Assembly (NCBI GenBank): GCA_028534125.1
Contig: CM052844.1
Coordinates: 868,001 to 932,000, forward strand
From: Lama glama
Taxonomy: Eukaryota
DNA: 64,000 nt
Direction of reading: 5' to 3'
The notes beneath the pieces are model-generated. The model was not told where the DNA came from and made no database searches. It saw nothing but the letters and a program-made list of their open reading frames with translations. Shown one piece after another: positions 1 through 12,913 of the stretch. The translations under genes and the position numbers were made by a program. The first letter of the stretch is position 1; every line of letters begins with the position of its first letter.

Positions 1-241
1 TGACATGTTGGGGCTGGCGGGGAGGCAAACTCTCCTCCAGGCTTGAGGAAAAGGTTAGGTTTACCAGGCAAAGGGAGAGGAGCTGGTGTGGGGGCAGGGC
101 AGGACGGGGGACCCAGCCCAGGCCCAGGGGAGCACAGCGGGGACTGGGCTCAGTGAGCTGCAAGTGACAGGGGGTGGCGGGGGACACGGAGGGTTTAGGG
201 GAAGGAAGTGCAGGTGTGGGGCTCATCGTTCAAGTGACCAT

Positions 242-441
242 GAGGAGAGTGGACGGGGGAGCTGGGATGAAGGGGACGTGGGGGGACATGGCGGATAGGT
301 CCCTCTGGGAGGAGAGTGGACAGGGGAGCTGGGATGAAGGGGACGTGGGGGCACATGGTGGTGGGTCCCTCTGGGAGGAGAGTGGACGGGGGAGCTGGGA
401 CAAAGGGGACGTGGGGGGACACGGCAGATGGGACCCCCTGG
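242..441. repeat. G-rich minisatellite, 3 copies of a 66-67 bp unit
   Basis: Unit GAGGAGAGTGGACGGGGGAGCTGGGATGAAGGGGACGTGGGGGGACATGG...GGTCCCTCTGG starts at 242, 309 and 375. Confidence 0.95.
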
Positions 442-1619
442 TGGCAGGGGTGGTGCTTCCAAGACACTGGGCACTTTCACGTGTCATGCTGTGTCTCAAA
501 TACTGTGTTCTAGTTACTTAATTTTACATCAGCCCTGTGGGGTGAGTGTCTTGGAAACAGAGACAAAAACATTTTCGTAGCCGCCCAAGCCCTGCCCTCT
601 GGTCTGCTGTCCTGGTGGGCGCTGACCTCGCACATCTGAGGCCGCTCCGGGAGGGACAGCTCGGGGACAGGCCGTGGGGAGGAAGGTACAAGGGATGGGG
701 GCCCAACACGGACGGAACCGGGAGGGAGGCGTTACAGCCCAAAACTGGATGCAGCTGCTCCCCCGGCACACAGGGAGGTTCTGTGGATGTTGGGGTCGTC
801 CAGGTTTTGTGAAAAGGAGAAGACCTCTGGCTTTGTTACCCTGAGGGGACGCCCTTGACAGCAAAGCAGGCTGTGCCGCCCACAGGGTCTGTCCCCTCAG
901 AGGGAGTGGATGTGGGACCATCCCGCCCACGGGAGCGGAGGGTGCTGACGTCACACCTTCCTGATCTTCACGCACCTGCTGCACGTGGGTCCCCGGTCAC
1001 TCACCGCGAGGTCGCCTTCCGGCCGACAGACAGCGATGACTTGAGAGCGGGAGGCCGGGGCTCAGGCAGCAGTGACCTGAGTGAAGAGAGTGTGGCCCCC
1101 AGACACTGCCAGCCCCCACCCGCCGGCACAGGTGGTTCTGCCGCTGGACGGCGAGGCCACGGCCGAGCTTGCCCCTCGTCTCCAGTGCCAGCTGTCTGTG
1201 GTCACCATCCCCGACCGCCTGGCTGACATGCCCCCTCCCTGGGGAGGAGGGTCAGAGTGAGGTGTCCCTGCTGGACAGTATTACTCACGACAAACCTCAA
1301 AACTGGCCTCAGGGCAGGTGCGTGGGGGGACGACAGAGCTGAAGCTCTCTTGTCCGTGGGGACGACAGGGCTTCGGGGCTGCTGGGACACCCGAGGGCTT
1401 CGTCAGCAGGTCCTAGTGGCTCCGGGAAGCGTGCACACCCGCTGCCCATACCCGCTGTGTGTGCGCGGCTTTCCGGGGCTAGCTTGCGTCTCAGTTTTCA
1501 TGTGACTTGCCCACATCGCCCTCAGCTGCCGTGAGCACGTTTGGAGGGAGGAGGCCGCGTCCTCGGGCAGCAGTTGTTCATCCTGCTCTGAGGGGCAGTT
1601 AAATTTTAATGGACTGGAG

Positions 1620-1950
1620 GTTTAAAGGGATGGCATTACAGAATATGATGATGCAGAAACGTAAACGAAAAACACTTTTTATTTTACATTTATTTACGAG
1701 CAGCCCATTTCAGCCTTTCATGAAAGGGCTGATGCTCATTTTTATGTAACAATAAAATTCACAAAAAGTTCATCCTCTGTCTTACTATCTGATAAGACAG
1801 TATCTCGCCCTGCGGGGCGGGGACGGGCCGCGACAAACACTCGGGGCCGTGGCTGGTCTGAACTTGCGACGGCAGAAGAGTGGGTTGTGGAAATTCGCCC
1901 CCTAAGCTGGTCAGAGCATAAGACAGTAATTCTGGGGCGACAGGGTTTAC
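1620..1950. mobile_element. Probable ancient DNA-transposon remnant with a piggyBac-like end
   Basis: TAAGACAG occurs inverted at 1777-1784 and direct at 1793-1800 and 1919-1926; the segment ends ...CAGGG TTTA at 1941-1949; 14-bp palindrome at 1714-1727. Family assignment is inference. Confidence 0.35.
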
Positions 1951-2432
1951 TTAAGGGCACAGCCATTTAAATCATTATGGTCGTTACTGACATTTTAAGA
2001 AGATTTTGGGGAGGGGGTTAAGAAGGGGCAGTGAGAGAACAGCTCTTCCAAACCCTGGAGAAGACACGCACACCCAGACTTTCCCGGGGGAGTCCAGACC
2101 CGCCCACCTCACCTGCTGTCCTGGGGGCACGCCCGCCACTCCCCCACGTCACCGCCCCACCCGGGAGGGCAGGGCTTTCACAAACTGACCTCTAAGGAGG
2201 GAATTCCATTCGATCGTGGTGTAAAACATCAAGTGTGAGCTGCTAGAAGCTCTGTCGTATTTCAATAGAGCGACTACGTGTTTTGGTCAAATAAGGTTGA
2301 GTAAAATGATAATAATAATAAAATATTTTGAATAAAATAAGTGCTTTGTGAAAAATCCATTGAGCTACAAGGACCTCAGAAAGGAAGAGCTGGGCTACAT
2401 CAGCACGCAAGCCCCTGTTTTCAAAATAGCTG

Positions 2433-2562
2433 TTTTGGGGGGTTGGGAGAGGGGAGGCAATTAGGTTTATTTATTCATTAAAAATGTATTTTAATGGAGG
2501 GCCTATCCCCAGGACCTCGTGCGTGCTAAGCACGCGCTCCACCGCTCAGCTATCCCTCCCCC
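2433..2562 (-). mobile_element. Camelid tRNA-derived SINE (Vic-1-like), B box partly deleted
   Basis: Reverse complement reads GGGGGAGGGATAGCTGAGCGGTGGAGCGCGTGCTTAGCACGCACGAGGTCCTGGG...CTCCATTAAAAT...AATAAATAAACCTAATTGCCTCCCC. Confidence 0.9.
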
Positions 2563-4039
2563 TCATAAGTTCCTTGAAACCAAAAAATTCTGCCCTGTCT
2601 GTTGCATCCTGCTCTATTCACGGCCGGAGGCTGAAAGCAGAAACACTGCCTTACGCGCAGGTCCCCTCCCCTCACAGCTCACAAAGCGGGTGGTTACTGC
2701 TTCCGCGTTTCCTGCCCCGGGAACCTGGGACAGCGCTCAGCGAATGGCTGGCTCGGCTCGGAGCCACCTTGCCAGCGCCTCCGAGCTGTGCGCACACGTC
2801 CGTTTGCTGGTAACTGGTCGGCCCCCAGTCCGTGCGGTCAGCTCAGCGGTGCGTGTGGCCGTGGCCGTGCCGGTGTTCAGGGCAGGGTGAGGACGGGCGA
2901 CTTCCCGGGAGGCGCCCTCCTCTTGCGCGGACTTCCGAGCGGCCCAGCGTCCGCGGGCTTCCCAGTGTGATGGTGACTAGTAACACACTTGTTCCAGGTG
3001 CGGCCGGCTTCGATGTTCCTTGTTTGGTGTGACCCCCACGGTCCCTGGGGGGTCGGCGTGGGCACCGGGGCCGCCAGCTCGCAGACGCCCGGACAGCTTG
3101 TGCAGACCTGGGCCAGTTCTCGGGCCCCTGCTTCTTAATCCAGTGGGCCCCTTCAAACCAGCAAACGTCCACGCTTCTCAAGGTCTCTGTTTTACCAGAA
3201 GGGGCAGAATTTAAACCTCCCGTGTGACCGCAGAGCTGGTGGCTGCGAACTGGGGGCAGGGCTGTGGGCCCCTCCAGTCCCTCCGCACGCCCTGTGGCCT
3301 TCCTGAGGGCCCCTGGCCAGCTTCTTCAGTTTCCTCTTAGTTACTATGGGGATGGATGTGCTGTGATTACGAATAAACAGCAGAAATGTCCTTTCCCAGA
3401 CTCTCTCACGCTAACTTCTGGATGCGCAGGGATAAAATGCACGTGAAAACGCTGCTGTTTGATGGCACAGAGACACGTATCATGCACGGCGGCAGCATCA
3501 CGATGACCAGAAAGGCTTCATTTTTAAAGCTCGTGTCTGCAGCATGCTGACTTTCTCACAGGGCGGACGCTTGGCTGAGACACGTGGACCGTCTGTCTGT
3601 CGTTGTGATGGGTTCTCCCGTGACGGTGGAGATACACTTCCAAATCATACCAAACGCGCTGGATCTCAGTCTTCGGAGGCCTCCGGTGAGCACCGACGGC
3701 AGCTGCCGCAGCGGAGACGGCTTCGATGTCAGCGTCCCCACGTTCGTTAGAGTCTTGCCCCGTCCAGGGCTACGTGAGTCCAGGTTTTATTTAATTGTTT
3801 TAAGAAACCCAACAGACGACCTGCCTGAAGAGGCTGGTTCTCTGCTGCTGTTAATACAAACAACACAGACCGCGCCCCTCCCCCCAGTTCTCAGAGACGT
3901 GGCCCGGAGGGTCTCCGGCAGTGCAGCCCCCAGGCTGCCCCAGTTTCACGGCCCCGATTCCCCCTCTGTTCCTGACTTTGGTCTGCCACCTTCTCCTCAG
4001 GGGCTCTCCGGCCCCTGAGTGACCATAGCCCCTCGATGG

Positions 4040-4530
4040 AAGATCTTTACACCCTGTTGACCCCGACTGGCCGCTCACTGCTTCACTGTTGAGACTGTCC
4101 ATGTCCCTCCTCCTCCCAGAAGTTTTCTGGGGCTGACTCCTCCCTCCTGAGCTTCCTACCAGCAGCTGGTACCATCCGAGCTTCGATCGACAAGCTGAAG
4201 GCTGTGTTCAGCCAGAGTCTGACCACCGGCTGAGAACCCAGCCTCCCCATCTGCCCCCACAGCTCAGCATAGCCTCATCGATTCCAGGCCGTCCAACGGG
4301 GGCCCGTCTCACCGCCACCCACACCGCCCAGGGCCTCGTCACCCTGCCCTGGCCTCTCCACGGCTCTGCTCTTTATGTCTGCTTGTTCCCACTCCAGAAA
4401 CACGCTTCCTCACAGCTTTCTGGAACACCCTTGAGTCACACCCAACTCCAGCTCCAGAATCTTCCGTGGCTCCCGTGCACCTGCAGCTCACCCCAGGGCC
4501 GGCAGCACCTGCTCCTGAGGCTCCCAGTTA
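4040..4530 (+). mobile_element. Degenerate LINE-2 fragment
   Basis: Pyrimidine-rich segments resembling the L2 3' region (e.g. CCAGAATCTTCCGTGGCTCCC); boundaries approximate. Confidence 0.5.
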
Positions 4531-7500
4531 AAGTCGTTTGTGCCAGTGAGGCTTCCTGTCCCCGAGTCCCCGGAGATTCCCGTGTGACGTGCGGGGCGGC
4601 ACACAGACACGCGGGCTCCAGGGCACTCAGGGCCACGCTGCCGCCGGATGAGGGGGGCCTGGGTGGGAGCAGAGGCCCCAGGGCTCCTGGGGGAGGGGCA
4701 TCTTCAGGCCCCCCGACGGCAGCTGCCGGGGACAGGCGCACAGCTGGCAGCTGTGGCGTGAAGAGCGCAGCTGGGCTTCTCCCAGCCGTCGCCGGGGCCC
4801 TTCACGGACGGTCTCCGCGGGAGCTGGGACCTGCTGCGATGCTTTCTTACCGTTTAAGCCATTCTGATTCATAATCCACGGTGGGGGGCTGGCGGCAACC
4901 CCTAACCCTGTCCTCAGGGACATATCGTTTGTACCCAAATCTGCCACAGTGGGGACACTCACCCCAAGGACACTGGCAGACACCACAGAAAGGTTTGTGC
5001 GTGTGGCTCTGGGGGCTGGCCTGTGACCACGGACCAGCTCACGAGGGTTCAGGGTGTCGTGGCAGATGCAGTCAGAAGGGTCCCAACGGGTGACACCCAA
5101 ACTCTAGTCGAGGCACCAGTTAGTACTCACACCTGGAGAAATGCCAGTGAGGGTGCCTCCCGGAGACTGACTTCTCCCCGGTCGCCGTTGGTCCCCAGAG
5201 CCCCTGGGGGTTGGTCACATCCAGCGCCACAAATTCCAGCGCCACCCCCTCTAGGAGCCGGCACCCCGTGCCTCTCCCGTGGCGCTAACTGAGCAGCAAA
5301 TTCCCCTGAAGCTGCCCTTCTGTTTTCAAAATATTATCATGTATCAAACTTCAGAAAAATAACAATAAATGACCCAGAAAATGGCATTTGAGAAAAATGA
5401 ACAGTTTTTGCTGTTGTTCGGGCTCCTTATGGCTTTGGTCTGACCCTGTTTTGCAGCCACCCGTGTGACCGCTAATTTTAACAGTTAAATTTACAGTTTT
5501 AAACAGGTTTTATGGTGCCCAGGGACGTCCGCTCGACGAGTCCACTGTTAAAATAACTGTTTAAACACGACATTTGTGGTCGAAGCGTTTCTTTGTCACC
5601 ACTGGATTGACTCATTTCAGCTGCTATTTATGGTCAAAATCATTTTTTCAAATTACAGAGTGAGAATGGCAGTTTCTGTAACTTTGAGATTAAGTCACTC
5701 AAACTGGGAGACACAGAGACATTGCGTTTTAAGCTGCTCCCATTAAGAAGTGGGAAAACCATGTATTACATTTACAGTGAAAACTATTAAATTGATTTAT
5801 GGTGAGAATGAAAATTTACCACGTGCGGCTGTGCACCCAGATATGAGGGACTTGACCTGAAGCTTCCTTCTGGTCCAGATAGTTACTTGAGAATCTAGCG
5901 TCTTTGTTTTCCTTAAAGATAAGTGGGTTTATCTTCAGAGGGAAAGTTCATTAAAAAAATTAGCATCCTTGATAACGAATGCTAAATATTAAGCTTTATG
6001 GTGTCAATGAAAATGTTCACAACTAATTCAAAGTGATTTTATACTATTTATTTATGTAGACGGTGAGCAACTTGGAAATTTTAAAAAAGATATCTTTTGT
6101 GTGTTCGAAGGAAAATTTAGGACAGCAGCATCTTTGTTTTTATAACCTGCGTTATATAGCCAATAATAACGCGTTATATTATTTTACTTCATATGTATAA
6201 AATATACGTTTTAGAACTTGTGTTTGTATTTCTGTAACACAGTATCATTTGCATGTATACACGCGATTTCTCTGATTAAATGCCTTCTCTTTTAAGAGCT
6301 TTAAAACTCTGAATGACTAAATTATCATTTCGTTTCACTTCTTTCCCTGCTTGTCAATTGGTTTTCATTAACCTGTATCTTTGGGGGAGATTCCAGGCAA
6401 TTATATGATTTTAACAATGGATAGTAATGTCATTGAGCCTTATCTCAAATTAATGTGTAATTGATCATCCCGACACAGAAACAGTCTTCTTTTTAGCACC
6501 GAAGTAAGAAATGTGCGCTCCTGATTCAAAGCACCCTTACAATCTCCGGGAGGAAAAAAAGTCCCAGCGGGGCTGTGGGCATCGCTGTGCAGAGACACTC
6601 CTAATCTCAGGGTGCAGTTCACACTCAGGCTGGGGTTCCCGCTGGTTCGGGGGCCCCTCTACGTCCCTCCAGAGTCCACGGCCTCGGAGACCCTGCAGAG
6701 GAGAGAAGGGAGGTGGCGCTTTTGTCCCCGTCCTCCTTGCCGCTCCCCTTCACAAAGTCTGCGGTAGGTGCTTGGATGGGAAACCGGACTGGAACGCACA
6801 AAAGTGTAGGTTATGCGGTAGAGAAGCAAACTGAGTTAGATGCGTGAAAAGCACGTCATCCCCACGATGAGGCTGAGTTCACGGCGGAGGGAAGGACGGA
6901 CAGACGCGTAATCAGAGAGAACAGAGGTGTGGTGGTGCAAGTCTCAGACACTTTACGGGTGAAACTGGAGAAAATTCTGTAAAGAAAAGTAAGCAAGCTT
7001 TTTTTTAGGAAAAGCCGTTGTTTTTGGTTTCTGTTTTCTTTCTTTTTGTAATACAAAGTGGAGAGAGAATCTGCATGAGTGGCGGTTTCAGAGGAGAATT
7101 TGTGGATGGTTGCAGCATGTAGTCGGTCATGACGGTTCCCGAACAGAAACACTGCTCTACGATGTGTCCGCCTTGGAGCCGATCTTACCGCTGAGAACGA
7201 AGTGCTGTTCTTGCTCTGCTGTCGTCCATCCCACGTGTGGACGTGGCACAGGTGGGCACAAGTGGGCACAGGTCAGGGGGCAGTGGTCATCGCTTTCACT
7301 CCAGGGTCGAAAATGCAAAACTCAGGGGTGTCCCCATCACAGGGGACGCCGCCCAGATGATCTGCTCGGAGAGCTGGTGACTTTCCTTAAGACCCTTTGT
7401 CTGCAGTGCTTCCCCCAGTGTCTTCTGGCAGCCGGCAGCCCCCTCCCCTCCCCAGGACAGGACCCAGGGGATTCTCTCAGCTGGCAGCGTGCAGGATGCC

Positions 7501-10500
7501 ACCCCACCGGTGACAGGATGGGGCACCGTCCCCAGAATGTAGTCACCCTGTGGGCCTCACTGATGTGGACTTGGGTCCCTACAAGGGGACTCTGGACACC
7601 GATCTGCCCTTCTCCGTGTAAAACCATGGGCCTAAAGCAGGCGCAGTCCCAGCTCTTACCTCCCACGTGACTGACGCGATAACCCCCAGCCGCCCGTTAA
7701 GTCATCAAAGCGGACTCTCTCCCTCTGGGGCCGTCCACCAATTTATTTATTTAATGGGCCAGCACGTCCCAGATCCCCCGCCCTCCAACCAGGCTCTCCC
7801 TCTCCTCCTCACCCTGCAGACACACAGCCCCCGATGTCTGACGTCTGACCGCCACGGCTGCTCACTTCCCTTGTGCCTGGCTGTGTAAAAGCTACAGATA
7901 AACTCAATTTGGGGTGGACTTTGGAAAAAGTATTGGCTCATTATAAACTCTTACATGCGAGCTCAAACAAAGCGACTCACTAAATATTTCAATTTGCCCA
8001 CCTGTTCAAATTACGTCCCACAATGGGGTCGCCATTCACACGAAAGGAAAGCTCCTCTCGGTTCTGTGCTATTGTCCCGGCTTCACAACAGATGCGAGTT
8101 AATAAAATCCAATTAAAGACAAGAGGAAGCAGTTTGCAGTGGTTCAGACAGATAACTGCTCACAGATAATTAGCATAAAGGACGGAGGCGTTGGCTGAAG
8201 AGTTTACAGATGCCTCTGTACCAGTGGCGTCTCCGTGGCCATCCATGCATCTCTTCCCTGGGGGGGTCCGTGGCCTGACCACAGAAACAACACTTAAGAT
8301 ACGTCCATGGAAAGAGTTAAATAAAAATATTAACCTCCATCCATGTTTCCGTTCACAGTGCTTGCAGATGTGGCTCAAAATTTCTTGACTAACAGGCCGA
8401 TCACCAACTGGTTTAGTGGACAGGCTGCTACCACCCACACCTGACTTCAGAATCGATGGCGCTCGTGATCAAAACCCAGCGGTGACCAGCCGGCTGGTCC
8501 AGCCATTGAATCGGCTGGCGTGTGTAGACTCCAGCTGGGAGCATGGGCGTTCAGCCTTTGGATAATTTCAGACAGACCCGCACACACAGCTCCTTTGAGG
8601 AAGCGCCTTCCCCAGACACTTGCAGAACTAACTGACCAATTAGAGAATATTCGGGGAGACCGAGTGCCTGATCTAAGCTCCTGGCAAGCCGGCCTCGCGC
8701 ACTTGCTTCATGGGCTTCCAGACATGTGCCCCGCGCACGTGGGCGGAGGCGGCTCGGGGCCCCAGAAGGCCTGCCCTGCACGCGGCGTCCTGCCTGCGCT
8801 TCGGCAGAACGGGGGACCGCTCCCTCCGGCCCCAGAAGAACCGATGTCAAGTCCATGTTTTTCAATATCCACAGTCACGCTCAGAGATTGTTTCCTCTGA
8901 GGTCAGCCCAGGTGACCTCTGTGGGAAGGGGTCTTCTGGGCAGGAAGGCCCCAGGCGCTCACGTCCTGGAGGCTCTGCTTCATTCTCACCCCGTCTGGGG
9001 CGGTTGGTGAAGCCCAGCTGGTGGCCCCGCGTCTCCTGATGTGGCTGGCGTTGGTTTAGCTCTTCCACGGCTGCAAGCGAGGACAAAGGTCACCACAGTG
9101 AGCATAGGGACCCTGAGCTTGGAAGCCACACTCCAGGGCCTCCCACAAGTGTCCTCTGAAGGCTCCCTGTCCCCGGGCCTGGGTGGGAGCTGTCCTGGGG
9201 ACATCTCGCCCCCTTGCTGCTGTGGGCGTGGCTGGAGCGGACAGAGTGGCCGAGGGGGGTGGGTGTCTCCCCACCCGCCCTCCGCTCCCGTGCGGTCCTG
9301 CCCCCTGTGCACACGCATCTCCGACACTTCCAGGTACGGCCTCGCATGGGCAGTGATGCAGACGAGTCCCAGACGGAAGCCAGAGAAGAAACTGGAAGAC
9401 ATTCTAGCAGAGACTGAAAAACAAAAAACAAAAAACACCAAATCAAAACAAAATGAAAAGAATCAGGTGGGTGAACCCCCCAAATGTTCAGTTCGGTTCA
9501 TTTTCTCTGAAGTTCAGAGTGGGGGTGGGGCACACCCTCCTCTGTTCTGGGGGTCCTATCCTCTCCAACCACTGCCTCCGGGTACCTTGGGTGTGGTGGG
9601 AGCCCCGACCCCGATCTCACTTCTCACGGCCCGTGACGTACTTTCTGCCCCTCTTTCTCCCTCTCAGATTAGACTTGCAGCAACTGATTTCCACCTTCTG
9701 GTCCTGTGTCCCCTCCCCAGGGTCATTCGTCCAGCGTCACCTGGCATGGGTGCTTCCCGAGCTTGCTTTACTGAGCAGGTTCTCAGAGACACGTCTCTGC
9801 CCGTGGGCTCTGCTCTGGGAGGAGCAGGGTCCACGCGGGTCTGGCCCAGGGCGCCGGCCGTGGGGCCGGGCGAGGGAGCGCCCTCCCCGGTGGGGGCCAG
9901 TCGGCTCCCCTCTGGACTGGGAGCCTCTCCACAGAACCGGCCTCAGGGCTCTGCATCTCATTTCAGCTGCACACAGGGGTCACAGAGCTCCCCCAGGCCC
10001 CATTAGCCGAGTCCTCCAACACGCTTAAAGGCATGGTCGAGGTTTGCTCCAGAGCCCACATGAAGTTTTCTTTGGCCCTAAAGGGAGACTGGAAGCAGAG
10101 TCCAGTGTTAGAGAGAAGAGACGCCTGCAAAGACAGGGAGACCAGCCTGGCCTCTCCTCCGGCCCGGGCCGCCCACCGGCTGTCCCCAGGCCCATCAGGT
10201 GAGACTGCCCTCGCGGACGTGGCGGAGGCTGGGGCTCCTGCCAGCCGTCAGGGAAGGCCGAGGGGCTGGAGGTCGGTGGGCGGCCGGCGTGGTGCTGACT
10301 GCTGGCCAGGCTTCCTGAGGAGGTGGCAGCCACACCCTGGAGGACATCAACTCTGCCGGGCAAGGTGTTAATTGGTGTGGGACCTTCATGCTGGGGGAAC
10401 GGAAATGCTCCCGGGTGATGAGGTTGTCACTGCGGGAGCCCTAACAAGAGGCCACGTGTTCCCCCCCACGAGGCTGGACCTTTGCATTTCCTGCACGTCG

Positions 10501-12144
10501 GCGGTGCTGGTTAAATGTCGGCCTTGGTCCTGCTGTGGTCCTGGAGTCTGTTTCCAAGGGGAGATGTGGGTTTTTGTTCAGGTTTTTCCTCTTAAACCCT
10601 GTGGCTGCCATACTCGGGTTTGAGAGGAGGAGATGAAGGGTGCTGTGTCCTTCACCAGAAGCCACCTGGACACGTGTCACGGGATGGAAACCAGGTCTCT
10701 CTGTCCTGTCCTCCGGGCTCTGTCCTCGGACACCTTCCTCTGGAGGGGCCTCCCGGGGCCGAGACCCCCGGGCGAGAGTCCACGTCTCCCTTTTCTCCAT
10801 CGGCTCCTGCATGAAGGTCGGCACTTGTGGTTCATCCGATTGGAGGTGAAGACGTCATTTGCTAGGATTCACTTAGAAGCAAACGCTGACCAAGCACTGG
10901 CACACCCGTCAGCCACCCACCGAGAGCCCCCAGCGCCACTTGGCTGACAACGCTGACGAAGTGCCACCCGGCTCCCGGGAGCGTCACCTGCAGTTCACAA
11001 ATTAACAGAATTCAAGGGAAAAAGCCAGTTTCAGAGAAAGGACGGGATTGCTTAGACACGCTTCCCAGTCTGAGGGGAGGTGTGAGGGTTTGAACGAAGA
11101 CCTTGTATCCAATGGGTTTGTTACCGTTCCTGACCATCCCCTACTGCAGGCCAGGGAGCCAAGTCCGAGAAGGGCTCCGAAGACCCTGAAAACCACCAGG
11201 CTTTCTGGGTCAACCCTGAGACCTGACCCCCAGGCCAGGCTCTCCCGTTGTGTAGAACTGCCCTCTGCATCTCTTTACTATAACAAATGGCATTTGCGTT
11301 AAAATTTACTGTTGACTTACACCATGTGGGTTACGAGTTTTAATTAATCATGGTTAATTAAAAATTTATCAGCCAGAGTCTCCTTCTGGTTTAGAACCAA
11401 ACTCTTCCCGGTTGCACAAAATGGAATTAGGAGTGAGAATGCAATTTTTACAAATAATATTGAAAGATTTATGGAATTTTTAATCCTTTGAGGAAATCAG
11501 TCACTTTGAGATCATGATTTTAATGTCGGTTTGACTTTTCCCCGAAAGAACATGTAAGGACTTCTGTGAATTTCGCATTGTTTTTACATGAGTGAGTGAG
11601 TAGGAGGCCTTTGATGGCAAATCATAGAAAAACCCAGTTCTCACTGGTTCAGCCAGGAAGGGGATCCTTGGCTCACGGGACATGGAGAGTGCAGGGGGAG
11701 CTCAGTCCAACTTGTGGTTTCTCAAGGATCCAACACCCTTCCTCCTGACCCCGCTTTGCTCTTCCTTTGCAGGCTGGCCCCCGCGCTCCCGAGGCCGGGC
11801 TGGCACGTGGGTGGAGGGCAGGGAAGGGCGGTAGGGACGCGTGAGTGCGGAGGAGGCTCGGTGATCACGCCAGTCTCCACAGGAGTCCCTCACGATTCCT
11901 ACCTTCCCTTCCGTCCAGGACGGCGGTGATCCGACCACTGGGTGTGGGGATCGGCTTCTTCTCCTTTTTGGCTGCGTATTCAAGTCCCTGGGTGGTCAGG
12001 TGAATTCCACCTTCTTCTCTTCCAAAAACGTCTCAATTCCCCTCCATTTCCTAAAACGTTCTTCAAATTGGTGAAGCTCTGAGAAACTTTCTTTGATTTC
12101 CTTGTCATCACAGTCAAAACAAGCTCCTGTCACTAGTTTTTTAT

Positions 12145-12260
12145 ACATCCGTTTGTTCATTTATCCACGTGATCATATGCCCACTGTAAGCCAGGGGTTA
12201 CGCCAGGCGTGGGAAAATTCAGCAAGTACAGACCGTTTCTGCCCTAACTGACGGCTGAGC
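12145..12260 (-). mobile_element. LINE-2 3' end fragment
   Basis: CATCCGTTTGTTCATTT...CCCACTGTAAGCCAGG...CCAGGCGTGGGAAA...TTCTGCCCT resembles the reversed L2 tail. Confidence 0.55.
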
Positions 12261-12318
12261 AAACACTCACATCCTTGCAGGACAACAAGTAACCTGAGAA
12301 GTGGAGACAAGCAAACAT

Positions 12319-12913
12319 CACATATGACCCAGCACCCCCACTCCTGGGCATGTGTCTGGAGAGAACTCTAATTCAAAAAGACACCTGCACCCCAGTGTCC
12401 ACAGCAGCACTATTTACAACAGCCAAGACATGGAAGCAACCTAAGTGTCCGTGGACAGATGACTGGATAATCAAGTTGTGGTATATTTATACACAAAGAA
12501 ATACTACTCAGCCACAAAAAAGAATAAAGTAAGGCCATTTGCAGCAACATGGATGGATCTGGAGTATCATTCTGGGTGAAGTAAACCAGAAAGAGAAAGA
12601 AAAATATCATATGATATCACTTACATGTGGAATCTAAAAAAAGAAAAAGAAAGAAAAAAGAGGACACTGATGAACTCATCTACAAACCAGGAACAGACTC
12701 AGAGACATAGTAAACAATCTTATGGTTACCAGGGGAAAAGGGTGGGAAGGGGTAAATGGGGGGGTTTGGGTTTTGGAAATGATAGCCACTACATATAAAA
12801 ATAGATGGAAAACGGGTTTCTTCTGCACGGTGCAGGGAACTACGTTCTATATCTTGTAATAACCTTTAATGAAAAAGAGTATGAAAACAAATACACGTAC
12901 CTGTATGAAAAAA
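12319..12913 (+). mobile_element. LINE-1 3' part (end of ORF2 plus 3' UTR), 5'-truncated
   Basis: Translation IQKDTCTPVSTAALFTTAKTWKQPKCPWTDDWIIKLWYIY matches the L1 ORF2p C-terminus; followed by CATTTGCAGCAACATGGATGGA and a cetartiodactyl-type 3' UTR. Confidence 0.95.

Noticed and set aside
242-441. CRISPR-like periodic repeat
   Set aside because: Contiguous tandem units with no unique spacers, mammalian context, no cas genes.
8484-8518. 16-bp perfect palindrome GACCAGCCGGCTGGTC plus adjacent hairpin
   Set aside because: About one perfect 16-bp palindrome is expected by chance in 64 kb; no supporting context.
9041-10006. 321-aa ORF
   Set aside because: GTG start, Pro/Gly/Ser-rich, runs through an A-rich simple tract, no domain; expected in GC-rich DNA.
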